DNA of 64,000 bases from an uncultured candidatus Brocadiaceae bacterium (GCA_964421565.1 CAYQXJ010000002.1:193793-257792); one strand, 5' to 3'; positions 17,039-26,408 are shown, counted from the stretch's first letter. The notes: generated from the sequence alone by a model not told the origin. Translations and numbers: made by a program.

Positions 17039-20000
17039 ATGCTTAGGAAACTCGGGGTGTTTTCTCTGAGCTTGCTGGGTCTGGTTGGTATCTCCTCGTT
17101 CGTCTACTGTGCCGAAGCCCCGCAGCCCGAGGCAGGCCCCACCATTGGAGAGCTGGAGGAGTTCGCCGCAGCGGACGTCGATACCAGCCTGCAGCAGGCC
17201 GCCGAAAGCCTGTCCGAGGGTAAGCCCTTCGTGGCTAAGGAGATCCTGAACGATCTCATGGACGAGGAGCTTACCGACGCGCAGGCGGCCAGGATGGCCG
17301 AGCTGCTGCCGAAGGTCGATGCCGCCGTTGCGGAGGCGGAGGGCCGCGTCGTTCAGGCGGTCGCCCCCAGGGAAACCGCTGAACAGGAGGCCGCTCGCCA
17401 GCTTCTCGAACAGTATAGAAGGAAGTGGGCGGTCGAGCAGCAATTGGAAAAGGCCAGGGCCGGGGAACTGGTCAAGGAAGCGAAACAACTGCTCTACTTC
17501 GAGAATCGCGCGCAGGAGGCCTACGATCTTGCGTCGAAGGCCCTGCAGCTCGACCCTGAGAATACCGAAGCCGAAGACATCCACACCGAGGCCGGCCTGC
17601 TCCTCGACAAGGAACCCGCCAGGCGGAAGTTCCTCATCGAGAAGGGGATCCAACTGCCTCAGGTGCGCATCCGGCGCGGCTTCCAGACCCTGGAGAACTC
17701 GCTGAACAAGGCCAGGCGCTCCTACTCGGAAGGTGAGTACGAGCAGGCGCTTGAGCAACTGCGCAACGCTCGCTTTTACGTCGAGCTGCTCAGCGTCCAT
17801 ATGGACGTCAGCAGTGAGCGCAAGGAAGTCGCGAACCTGATCGCCCGCGTGCAGAAGGACTACCAGGAACACCTGCGCCGCACCGCCGCTGAGCGCCAGG
17901 CCGAGGCCAGGAGGGAAGCCGGACAGTGGCGCAGCAAGATTGAGGAAGAGGCAGAGAAGAGAAACGTGCGCGTGGTGGAGGAGATCACCGAACTGCTGGA
18001 AGATAAGGAGTTCGATGCGGCCGAAATGGTCGTTGAAGATATGGCCGTCTCCGACCCTGGTGATGAACTGGTGCCGATGCTCCGCAAGCAGGTGAGCGAA
18101 GCGAGGTACGAGCACAAGATCCGAGGCATCAATGCGGCCCGCGAACGCGGAGATTTGAGTTTCGACCTGCGCGAGGGAGAAAGGGAGCTGATCCCCGAGC
18201 GGCTCTACAACTACCCGGACAAGAAGTTCTGGCAGCAAGTCGTGGAGCAGCGTCCGTCGGAGATCTACCCCTCGGAGATAGCAGCGCGGGGCCGCACACC
18301 AGCCGATCAGCAGGTCTGGGACCAGCTCGGACAGTCCCTGCCCCTTCAGTTTGACGAAACCCCGCTGCCTCAGGTGGTGGAGTTCCTGCAGCAGGTGACC
18401 GACATCAACTTCCTGGTGCTGCGACGCGACCTGCCCCCCGACCAGGCGCCGGTCTCGCTGATGATCGAGACCACTCTGGAGAACGGGCTCGACCAGATTG
18501 CCGACCTGACCGGCATGGCGTGGAAGGTGGAGAACGGCCTGGTGAAGATCGGCGCTCCCGAGTCCCTGCGCGACTATGAAATGCGCATATATCCGGTGCG
18601 CGACTTGCTGGTCAGCACCGAGGATACCGGTCAGGCACAGGGCGCCCGCGGCGGCGGTGCTGCTGGTGGTGGCGGCGGCGGCGGTGGTTTTGGGCCACAG
18701 TACACCGCGGCTTCCGCCGGCCAGATCAGCCCGCAGTTTGGGGTCGGCACGGGCGGCGGCGGTGGTGGGGGTGCGGGTCAGCAGGCTGCTAATGTGTTGG
18801 CCAACCGCGCCAACGATATCATCACCCTGATCCGCCAGTCGTGCGGCCAGGACACGTGGCTTGATCCCACCGGCACTGCATTAATCGGCGGCACCGGCCC
18901 GCAGGGCGGGGGCGGTGGTGGCCCGGCGGGCTTTGGCGATGGCCAGGGCGCGGGGGGGTTCGGTGGTTTCCCCGGTGGTTTCGGCGCAGAGGGAGGAACA
19001 GCCCAGCAGGCCATGCCGCAAGGACGGGCCTTCGTGCTGGCGAGCGACCCCGGCTCCATAGTCGTCGTACAGACACAGCAGGTTCATGGCTGTATCGAAT
19101 CCCTGCTGAAGGGGCTGCGGGCGCAGATGCGCATCCAGGTCTACGTCGACGTGCGGTTCCTGTCAGTAAGCAACAACTTCTTCCGTGAGGTCGGCTTCCA
19201 GTGGAATGACTTCATGTGGGACGGCCAGGGGCTCGACGGCGACTTCGGAACTCTGGACGGTTTCGGCGTCACCGGCCCGTCGGTGCCGTTCGACCTGCAG
19301 GTCGAGCCTAGCATCGAGCCCTTCTCGATCTTCGTTCCCGACCCGGCCAACCCGGGCGAGGGTGAGTTCGTCGAGGTGCCGAGGGGCTTCTGGCCTCTGA
19401 GCATCGGCTCGCCGATCGGAGATCCCGAATGGGAAGTGGACAACGAAACCGGCACGATCACGTTTGACAAGCTGTTCACCACGGGTGATCCGGTGATTGG
19501 CACGGGCCTGCCGGTCTTCTCCGACAAGAGTAACCGTGGGCTGAACTTGAACCTGGCATGGTCGAACTCGGCGTTCAACCTGAACGGCATGTTCCGCCTG
19601 GCTCATGAGCGTAACGAGGTGCGCACGCTTAGCGCGCCGCAGATCATGCTTACCAACGGTCAGCAGGGCTTCCTGACCGTGTCGACGGACTTCGATTACG
19701 TCTCGACCTTCGAGGTCGATGAAAGTGTGCTGGTGCCGGAAGTGGAGACCGTGACCGACGAGATCACTCTACAGGTGCGTCCCGTGGTCGCGGCGGACCG
19801 GCGTTATGTCTTCATGGAACTGGCGCCCATCATCACGCAGAACGACCTGACGAGCACGGCCCAGTTCGCCACGTTCGTCGGTCAGCCCGGCGGCGGCGAC
19901 GGCAGTGCGGCCGGCGCCGAGGTCAGCAACTTCATCACCCTGCCGGAGACTACGTCGCAGAGCCTGGCCACGACAGTCGGCGTTCCTGACCGGGGCGTCG

Positions 20001-20188
20001 TGCTGGTCGGCGGCCTGAGCCGAGGCACCCGCCGCCACAACGAAGCCGGTGTGCCCATACTGGACAAGATACCGATCATCAAGCGGCTTTTCTCGTCCGA
20101 GGGTCGGCGGCTCGACCGCAGTACCCTGTTTGTGCTGGCCAAGCCGACGATTCTGATACTGTCCGAACAAGAAGAGCGGATGCAGTAG
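17039..20188 (+). CDS. Secretin of the GspD/PilQ family, with a long N-terminal coiled-coil extension and glycine-rich linkers
   Basis: C-terminal secretin domain: RTLSAPQIMLTNGQQGFL...GVPILDKIPIIKRLFSS...TLFVLAKPTILI. Signal peptide MLRKLGVFSLSLLGLVGISSFVYCAEA. Poly-Gly tracts run from about 18640 to 19010. The start is chosen at Met48 of the listed ORF. An upstream TTGACA at 16903 could be a promoter. Confidence 0.85.
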   Translation: MLRKLGVFSLSLLGLVGISSFVYCAEAPQPEAGPTIGELEEFAAADVDTSLQQAAESLSEGKPFVAKEILNDLMDEELTDAQAARMAELLPKVDAAVAEAEGRVVQAVAPRETAEQEAARQLLEQYRRKWAVEQQLEKARAGELVKEAKQLLYFENRAQEAYDLASKALQLDPENTEAEDIHTEAGLLLDKEPARRKFLIEKGIQLPQVRIRRGFQTLENSLNKARRSYSEGEYEQALEQLRNARFYVELLSVHMDVSSERKEVANLIARVQKDYQEHLRRTAAERQAEARREAGQWRSKIEEEAEKRNVRVVEEITELLEDKEFDAAEMVVEDMAVSDPGDELVPMLRKQVSEARYEHKIRGINAARERGDLSFDLREGERELIPERLYNYPDKKFWQQVVEQRPSEIYPSEIAARGRTPADQQVWDQLGQSLPLQFDETPLPQVVEFLQQVTDINFLVLRRDLPPDQAPVSLMIETTLENGLDQIADLTGMAWKVENGLVKIGAPESLRDYEMRIYPVRDLLVSTEDTGQAQGARGGGAAGGGGGGGGFGPQYTAASAGQISPQFGVGTGGGGGGGAGQQAANVLANRANDIITLIRQSCGQDTWLDPTGTALIGGTGPQGGGGGGPAGFGDGQGAGGFGGFPGGFGAEGGTAQQAMPQGRAFVLASDPGSIVVVQTQQVHGCIESLLKGLRAQMRIQVYVDVRFLSVSNNFFREVGFQWNDFMWDGQGLDGDFGTLDGFGVTGPSVPFDLQVEPSIEPFSIFVPDPANPGEGEFVEVPRGFWPLSIGSPIGDPEWEVDNETGTITFDKLFTTGDPVIGTGLPVFSDKSNRGLNLNLAWSNSAFNLNGMFRLAHERNEVRTLSAPQIMLTNGQQGFLTVSTDFDYVSTFEVDESVLVPEVETVTDEITLQVRPVVAADRRYVFMELAPIITQNDLTSTAQFATFVGQPGGGDGSAAGAEVSNFITLPETTSQSLATTVGVPDRGVVLVGGLSRGTRRHNEAGVPILDKIPIIKRLFSSEGRRLDRSTLFVLAKPTILILSEQEERMQ

Positions 20189-20205
20189 GGCCGCTCTGGG
20201 GGTGA

Positions 20206-20556
20206 ATGATGGCTGCACGTGATTGGAAGATGGTGGTGGTCGCGCTGGGTGCGCTGACTGTCGGCCTCGTGCTCGGCGGCAACAATCGGTTCGAGCGAGC
20301 CCAGGCGGCCACCCAGGGCCAGTCGGGGGGGGTGATCGCGCTGATCGGCGATGAGGCCAGTCAGCGAGCTCCGATCGTTTTGGTGGACGTGCCGGACCAA
20401 TCAGTCATAGTCTACGAATACAACTACCTGAACGATGAGATTGAACTGACCAGCGTGCGTAGCTTCGAGTACGACAAGCTGCTCAAGGAGTGGCAGACTG
20501 GCGGGCCCACGGTGGAGGAAGTACGGGAGTACGTGACGCAGGCCCGAGAGCGCTGA
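20206..20556 (+). CDS. Small hypothetical signal-anchored protein downstream of the secretin
   Basis: 116 aa. N-terminal TM (MVVVALGALTVGLVLGG). It starts 17 nt after the secretin stop with a GGGGGTGA RBS. Codon usage is coding-like. Confidence 0.4.
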   Translation: MMAARDWKMVVVALGALTVGLVLGGNNRFERAQAATQGQSGGVIALIGDEASQRAPIVLVDVPDQSVIVYEYNYLNDEIELTSVRSFEYDKLLKEWQTGGPTVEEVREYVTQARER

Positions 20557-20711
20557 GCCACGCCGCGAGGTCACGCAGGGGCTACAGGCCGTCGCTGCGA
20601 CGCAGCGGCGGCCGTTTTATCTGCCGCAGTGGGCTTGCGGTTGCCGGTTCTTTGCTCGGGTCCGACGCCCGGCAGAGCGCGGGCAGGATGGATGGCGGCC
20701 CGGAAGGGGGC

Positions 20712-22472
20712 ATGGTGAACACGCTGCGAATGAAGTGTGCCCTGTTGTTGTTCCTTCTGCTGACGACGGCGGCCGGCTCCGCCGAGCGCACTGTTCGCTA
20801 TGCACGCGTTGAGCTGCGGGGCGCATTGGCGGACGCACGGCCGGCGGTGTTTGTGCTGGGATCGCCGAGACCTGCGCTGCACGAGTTCATGGCGTGCCTG
20901 GATGGCGCAAGGCGTGACGAGGCGACCGACGGCGTTCTGGTGAAAGTCTCCGGCACGGGCGGATGGGCCCAGGTGCAGGAGATACGCGGCGCGTTGCAAC
21001 GCATCCGGCGCGACGGCAAGCCGGTGGTCTGCATGCTACAGTCCGCCGGTAACCGGGCCTACTACCTGGCCACGGCGGCCGACCACATCTACATGCTGCC
21101 GACCGGCACCCTTATGCTGACCGGACTTCGCGGCGAGGTGCTGTTCGCGCGGGATATGCTGGACCGAATCGGCGTCCGAGCCGATTTTGTGCAGGTTGGG
21201 CAATACAAGGGCGCCGCAGAACCCCTTACCCGTTCGCGGGCGTCTGCCCCGCTGCGAGAGTCGCTCGAGGCGCTTCTACAGGATTACTTCGATCAGTTGG
21301 TGACCGGGATTGTCGACGGACGCGAGCTGCCTATCAGCCGCGTGAACGTTCTGATCCGCCGTGGCCCCTTCACAGCAAAGGAGGCTCTCGAGGCCGGGCT
21401 GATCGACGGGGTGATGTTCCCCGACGAAGTGGGCGCGGAGCTGAGCAGTCGGCATCGGGCGTCCGTGCAGATGCAGGATGCCTGCCCGCCACCAACGGCG
21501 CCGGGAAGAGGACCCGACGCCGGTGCTCTTTTCCGCATGCTGATGGGGGTCGGACCGTCGGGGGAAGGTCGCCGGGCGGGCGGACCCACCATAGCCGTAA
21601 TACACGCTATGGGTCCCATCGTCAGCGCCGAACCGACCAGTTTGCTGCTGGGGGAGCCGATGACCAGCGCCGAACGCTTGGTGCGCACTATCAGGCGGGC
21701 CGCTGACGATGAAGACGTGCGGGCCATCGTTCTGCGCGTCGACAGCCCGGGAGGCAGCATGACGGCGAGCGACCTGATCTGGCGCCAGTTGCGTCTGGCC
21801 GACCGAAAGAAGCCGGTCGTGGCCTCGCTGGGCGAGACGGCAGCGTCCGGCGGGTATTACCTGGCCTGCGGGGCGCGCAGAATCTACGCCGAGCCGGGCA
21901 CGCTCACCGGTTCTATCGGCGTTTTCGGGGGGAAGCTGGCATTGGGTGGGCTGTTCGAAAAGCTCGGTCTGCACGTGGAAGCCATCGAGCGGGGTGGCGG
22001 GAGCAGTCTGGCTTCAGTCAGCGAGCCGCTCTCCGAACATGACCGCCAGAGGCTGGAGCACATTCTTAACGACGCTTACGAAACCTTCCTGGATCGCGTA
22101 GCAGAGACGCGGCCCGGCATGGCTGCCCACGAGGTCGAACGGGTTGCCCAGGGCCGCGTGTGGACGGGCGCGCAGGCTTTGCTCCGGGGGCTGGTCGACG
22201 AGTTGGGCGGGCTCAAGGCGGCGGTCGACGGCGCCAGGGAAGCAGCCGGTATCGGGCCGGAGGAGTCAGTGAGGGTCGAGCACCTGCCGAAGCCGCGCAA
22301 CGTGTTGGAGGAGTTGCTTCTCGGCAGCGGTCAGGGGGCTGCGCTGCCGCTGAGCGGGCTTGGCCTACAGGCGCTGCCCGATGCCGAGGTTCGCCGCTAT
22401 GTGGCGGGGCTGCTGGCGCTGCGCGACGAATGGGCGTTGTGCATGATGCCGGCGGCCGTGAGCGTGCGCTGA
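20712..22472 (+). CDS. sppA: Signal peptide peptidase SppA, 67K type (protease IV), two-domain ClpP/crotonase-fold
   Basis: Signal peptide MVNTLRMKCALLLFLLLTTAAGSA. A duplicated S49 domain: KPVVCMLQSAGNRAYYLA... and KPVVASLGETAASGGYYLACGA. The listed ORF begins 74 codons upstream. Confidence 0.8.
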   Translation: MVNTLRMKCALLLFLLLTTAAGSAERTVRYARVELRGALADARPAVFVLGSPRPALHEFMACLDGARRDEATDGVLVKVSGTGGWAQVQEIRGALQRIRRDGKPVVCMLQSAGNRAYYLATAADHIYMLPTGTLMLTGLRGEVLFARDMLDRIGVRADFVQVGQYKGAAEPLTRSRASAPLRESLEALLQDYFDQLVTGIVDGRELPISRVNVLIRRGPFTAKEALEAGLIDGVMFPDEVGAELSSRHRASVQMQDACPPPTAPGRGPDAGALFRMLMGVGPSGEGRRAGGPTIAVIHAMGPIVSAEPTSLLLGEPMTSAERLVRTIRRAADDEDVRAIVLRVDSPGGSMTASDLIWRQLRLADRKKPVVASLGETAASGGYYLACGARRIYAEPGTLTGSIGVFGGKLALGGLFEKLGLHVEAIERGGGSSLASVSEPLSEHDRQRLEHILNDAYETFLDRVAETRPGMAAHEVERVAQGRVWTGAQALLRGLVDELGGLKAAVDGAREAAGIGPEESVRVEHLPKPRNVLEELLLGSGQGAALPLSGLGLQALPDAEVRRYVAGLLALRDEWALCMMPAAVSVR

Positions 22473-22474
22473 AG

Positions 22475-23590
22475 TCAGGCGGCGCCCTGTGCCATCGCCT
22501 CCAGGCGGCGTTCCCTGTCCCTGAGGGCCAACGCGTCGAACATTGGATCGCAGTCCCCCTGCATGAAGCCCTCGATCCCGAACAGGTCGAGCGCTATCCT
22601 GTGATCAGTTATCCGGTCCTGGGGGAAGTTGTACGTGCGTATGCGCTCATTGCGGTCGCCGGTGCCCACCTGTGAGCGTCGCACGGCGTCGCGTCTCTGC
22701 TGTCGTTCGGACTCCATCTTCTCGTAGAGCTTCGCCCTCAGTATCTTCATTGCCTTCTTACGGTTGGCACGCTGCGACTTCTCGTCCTGACAGCGCACGG
22801 ATATTCCGCTCGGCTCATGCACGATGCGCACGCAGGAGCTGGTCTTGTTCACTGATTGGCCGCCCGGCCCGCTGGAGCGCATGAACGAGACATCGAGGTC
22901 GTTGGGGTCGATCTCGACCTCCACCTCACGTGCCTCCGGCAGCACGGCGACGGTGGCCAGGCTGGTGTGGATGCGGCCCTGTGACTCCGTCTCCGGCACG
23001 CGCTGCACCCGGTGGCCTCCGCTTTCGTAGCGCAGCTTGCCCCAGGCGCCGCTGCCCGAGATGTTGAGCACGGCCTCGCGGACGCCGCCCAGGTCGGTCA
23101 CGCTCAGGTTCATGGTATCTACACGCCAGCCTTGCTTCTGTGCGTAGCGGGTGTACATCTCCACCAGGTCGCGCGCAAAGAGTGCGGCCTCTTCGCCACC
23201 GGTGCCGGGGCGCACTTCCAGTATCACGTTACGGTCGGCGTCTTCCTCGTCGGAGACCAGCAGGTCCACCAGTTCGCTCACCAGTCGGTCGATATCCTCT
23301 TGCGCCTGTTGCAGCTCCTCGCGCGCCAGTTGCTGCATCTCCGGTTCGTCAGCGAACTCCTCCAGGGCGGCTTGTGCTTCGTGTCGTTGTTGGCGCAGTT
23401 CCTGCAGACGACGGTGCATTTGCGCGAAGCGGGCCAGGCGGGCGTGTTCCTGGGCGAGGGCGGCCAGACGCGCATTGTCGGCCAACACCTCCGGGTCAGC
23501 GAGTTGTTGCTCCACCTCGGAGTGAGCCTTGCTCAGATGGGCCAGCTTCTCCAGCAGCCGTTGGCGAGTCTTTTCGCTGATATCAACCAT
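22475..23590 (-). CDS. prfA: Peptide chain release factor 1
   Basis: RVPETESQGRIHTSLATVAV is RF1-type with a PxT-like tripeptide, here PET. SGPGGQSVNKT is the GGQ motif. The start is chosen at MVDISEKTRQ; the listed ORF extends 84 codons upstream across the rpmE terminator. Confidence 0.85.
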   Translation of the reverse strand: MVDISEKTRQRLLEKLAHLSKAHSEVEQQLADPEVLADNARLAALAQEHARLARFAQMHRRLQELRQQRHEAQAALEEFADEPEMQQLAREELQQAQEDIDRLVSELVDLLVSDEEDADRNVILEVRPGTGGEEAALFARDLVEMYTRYAQKQGWRVDTMNLSVTDLGGVREAVLNISGSGAWGKLRYESGGHRVQRVPETESQGRIHTSLATVAVLPEAREVEVEIDPNDLDVSFMRSSGPGGQSVNKTSSCVRIVHEPSGISVRCQDEKSQRANRKKAMKILRAKLYEKMESERQQRRDAVRRSQVGTGDRNERIRTYNFPQDRITDHRIALDLFGIEGFMQGDCDPMFDALALRDRERRLEAMAQGAA

Positions 23591-23623
23591 CGCGTTTGCT
23601 CTCGCGTTGTGGTGCTGGCCGAC

Positions 23624-23660
23624 GGCATAAAGAGAGCCCCCATCGCTCAGACGGGGGCTC
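23624..23660 (-). terminator. Intrinsic terminator downstream of rpmE
   Basis: Perfect 8-bp stem gagccccc / gggggctc (23634-23641 and 23653-23660) with an 11-nt loop. On the minus strand it is followed by a UCUCUUUAU tract. Confidence 0.65.
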
Positions 23661-23669
23661 GCGTGAACT

Positions 23670-23936
23670 CTATTCGCCAGTGGGGGGCTGCTCGTCGACC
23701 TCTTCGGGCCCGCTGATCGCTGCGAGCCGCTCCTCGATGTGTTTTCCCCAGCGTTTCTGGAAGCGCTCGACGCGCCCGGTGCTGTCCACCAGCTTCTGCT
23801 TGCCGGTGTAGAAGGGATGGCACTTCGAGCAGACTTCCACACGGATGCTCGGCACGGTGGCGCGGGTGGTGAAGGTCTCGCCGCAACCGCAGGTTACTTC
23901 ACACTCCACATAATCGGGGTGTATCTGTTGCTTCAT
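23670..23936 (-). CDS. rpmE: 50S ribosomal protein L31 (zinc-binding type)
   Basis: [22 protein letters not shown]...[12 protein letters not shown] closely matches the L31 consensus, including the C-x-C ... C-x-x-C zinc ligands. At 88 aa it carries an acidic C-terminal extension. Confidence 0.9.
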   Translation of the reverse strand: MKQQIHPDYVECEVTCGCGETFTTRATVPSIRVEVCSKCHPFYTGKQKLVDSTGRVERFQKRWGKHIEERLAAISGPEEVDEQPPTGE

Positions 23937-24088
23937 GGTTCCGGTTTCCGGGCAGATGCAGGTGGGTTAGATTACCGCAACTACAACGCTTATTATACAG
24001 AATCTGCCCGGGAGTTCAACCTCGCGCCGGGCAGCCGCTCCCTGTAGAATGCCCTGCTCACACCGCGAGTGGAGAGGCGAACCACACC

Positions 24089-24526
24089 ATGCCGGAGACC
24101 GAAGCTTACGAGGCTGCCCTGCGCGAACATGGTCTGAGCGTGACCAGGCTGCGGTTGGCTATCATGGGCGCGTTGCATCAACGGCGTGGCGCCGCGTCGG
24201 CTGCAGATGTGCTGGCGCGCCTGCGTCGCGGCGATCGGGCCGTCCACAAGACCACGGTCTACCGCAACCTGGCCAGTCTGGAGGCGGCCGGGCTGTTGCG
24301 GGTTGTGCCCTCGGGCGGGCGGAGCGTGCTGTATGAACTTGCTTGCGACCATCGTGCGCCCGTGCATCCCCATTTTACCTGTCGCCAGTGCGGGGGCATG
24401 GTCTGCCTGGAGCCGGTTGACCTGTCGTCCGTCTGGGCGTTGCTGACCCAGAACAGCGGCCTGCGCCCGGAAACTGCGGAGATCACCCTCGTGGGGCTCT
24501 GCGGCAGTTGCTCGGCCGACGACTGA
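24089..24526 (+). CDS. Fur-family metalloregulator (Fur/Zur/PerR-like)
   Basis: 145 aa. A winged-helix N-terminus, then HPHFTCRQCGG ... GLCGSC metal-site motifs typical of the Fur family. Confidence 0.75.
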   Translation: MPETEAYEAALREHGLSVTRLRLAIMGALHQRRGAASAADVLARLRRGDRAVHKTTVYRNLASLEAAGLLRVVPSGGRSVLYELACDHRAPVHPHFTCRQCGGMVCLEPVDLSSVWALLTQNSGLRPETAEITLVGLCGSCSADD

Positions 24527-24543
24527 AAGGCCGCCCCCCGTTG

Positions 24544-26244
24544 TCAAGCCGGCTCGGCGCTCTGGCCCCGGCGACCGCCGGGGGCCTGCCCATCGCGCAG
24601 GTGGCGCACGGCCGTGGCCAGGCCCTGCCAGGCAACGAACAGTCCGAGGATGATCAGCACGACCGCCACACTCGCCAGCAGCGGCCTGGGTTCGGTGTCG
24701 GCCGGAACCCCAAGGAACTCAAGCAGCTTGTACACGAGTGCCCCGATCGTGGTAACGAAGACCAGCACCGCCGGCACGGCGGTGAAGAGCCAGAACCGGT
24801 TGCGCACCAGCAGGTAGGAAGTGGCTACGATCAGGACCATGGCTGCTATGAGCTGGTTCGCCGAACCGAACACCGGCCATATGGCCTGCCAGTTGCCCAG
24901 GGCCAGAGCCCCGGCGCAGACGCCGATGAACGCAGTGGTGAAGTAGCGGTTCCTGAAAACACGTATGCCGAACGTGTCTGCTATGAGTTCGCTGCAGATG
25001 TAGCGCGTGATGCGTGTTGCACTGTCCAGGGTCGTCATCACAAAGGTCTTCAGCATGGTCACACCGATCAGCATCCCCAGGGCGCCGAAGATCGGCTCGG
25101 TCAGCCGGCCGTAACCGGCGCCGAACGTGCCGATCCAGCCCTTTTCGGCCATCAGTTCCTGATAGACCGGACCTGTCACCCCTGCGGGCGGGCTCGACCA
25201 GTAGAGCCCGGCGCACACGCAAATGACGGCGAGCACGGCCAACGCGGACTCCGTGATCATTGCGCCGAACCCGATGCGGCGAGCGTCGCGCCCCCGGGGC
25301 AGTTGCTTGGACGTGGTGCCGCTGGCCACCAGGCTGTGGAAACCCGAGATGGCCCCGCACGCGATCACGACGAACAGCATCGGCCAGAGCCAGCCCTGCG
25401 AGCCGCCCTTGAAGGCGATGAATGCGGGGCTCTGCATCGTCGGCCGGGAGAGCAGGATGCCTGCGAAGCCGAAAAACATGCCCGCGAACAGAACGCCCGC
25501 CGCCAGATGGTCGCGCGGCTGCAACAGCACGGTGACCGGTAGCACGGCCGCTACCATGCCGTAGAGCAGCAGGACCACCGTCCACCACTTCGCCGGCGCG
25601 CTGACTGGCAGGCTGACCGGCACGTGGTAGCCAAGCACGATGAGAGCGAGGAGCAAAACCAGGCCGATCAGAGTGTTGACGCCGAGGGGCAGGGCAGTCC
25701 TGTAGACCAGGAACCCGACCAACAGGGCGACAAGGATAAGACCGAAGGTGGGGATGACCACCTGCGGCGTTTCAGCGAGAGTTTTGCCGGCCACGGCGGC
25801 GAAGACGGCCACGACGAGTATAAGCGCCAGGAAGACGAACAGGCTGAAGACGATCTTCGCCGGCTTGCCGAGCACAGACTCGCTCAGGTCGCCGACGCTG
25901 CGCCCGCGGTTCTCGACACTGGTGACCAGGGCGCAGTAGTCGTGCACCGCGCCGAAGAAAACGCCGCCCAGGACGATCCACAGCAGGGCGGGCAACCAGC
26001 CCCAGACCATGCAGGCGATCACGGGCCCGATGATGGGGGCTGCGCCCGCGATGGAGGCGAAATGGTGGCCGAACAGAATGGACCAATGCTTCGCTGGCAC
26101 GTAATCCACCCCGTCATTGAGCTCGACGGCGGGCGTGGGCTCTGTCTCGTCAAGCCCGGCCCATTGGGCCACCTTCCTGCCGTAGAAGGCATAGCCTGCG
26201 GCGAGCGCGCTCAGGGCGATGGCAGCCAACAGCAGGGCGTTCAT
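24544..26244 (-). CDS. cstA: Carbon starvation protein CstA family transporter (peptide/pyruvate uptake family)
   Basis: 566 aa, polytopic. Motifs HHFASIAGAAPIIGP, FHSLVASGTTSKQL and TTLDSATRITRY are CstA signatures. Confidence 0.9.
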   Translation of the reverse strand: MNALLLAAIALSALAAGYAFYGRKVAQWAGLDETEPTPAVELNDGVDYVPAKHWSILFGHHFASIAGAAPIIGPVIACMVWGWLPALLWIVLGGVFFGAVHDYCALVTSVENRGRSVGDLSESVLGKPAKIVFSLFVFLALILVVAVFAAVAGKTLAETPQVVIPTFGLILVALLVGFLVYRTALPLGVNTLIGLVLLLALIVLGYHVPVSLPVSAPAKWWTVVLLLYGMVAAVLPVTVLLQPRDHLAAGVLFAGMFFGFAGILLSRPTMQSPAFIAFKGGSQGWLWPMLFVVIACGAISGFHSLVASGTTSKQLPRGRDARRIGFGAMITESALAVLAVICVCAGLYWSSPPAGVTGPVYQELMAEKGWIGTFGAGYGRLTEPIFGALGMLIGVTMLKTFVMTTLDSATRITRYICSELIADTFGIRVFRNRYFTTAFIGVCAGALALGNWQAIWPVFGSANQLIAAMVLIVATSYLLVRNRFWLFTAVPAVLVFVTTIGALVYKLLEFLGVPADTEPRPLLASVAVVLIILGLFVAWQGLATAVRHLRDGQAPGGRRGQSAEPA

Positions 26245-26366
26245 CGTGTCTTCCTCCTCACTGGGGGCTTGAGGACGAACGACACGCTTAATATACCGGG
26301 GGGTGGCGCGCTTTCAAAGCACCGGTCTCACCGCAAGATCATTGCGCCTTCTTCTGTTCGCCGCCG

Positions 26367-26394
26367 TTGTCACGGCGCCGCAGCGTGCTATAAT
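26367..26394 (+). promoter_or_regulatory. Near-consensus sigma70 promoter: TTGTCA, 16 nt, TATAAT.
   Basis: ccgTTGTCAcggcgccgcagcgtgcTATAATcagagg. It sits in the cstA-degP intergenic region, oriented toward the small ORF at 26409. Confidence 0.5.
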
Positions 26395-26408
26395 CAGAGG
26401 ATGGCTAT

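Noticed and set aside
18640-19010. Repetitive GGC/GGT-rich DNA, possibly a CRISPR or tandem repeat array
   Set aside because: It is in-frame poly-glycine coding within the secretin ORF. There are no direct repeat and spacer periodicity and no cas genes. Reported instead as a protein-level oddity.
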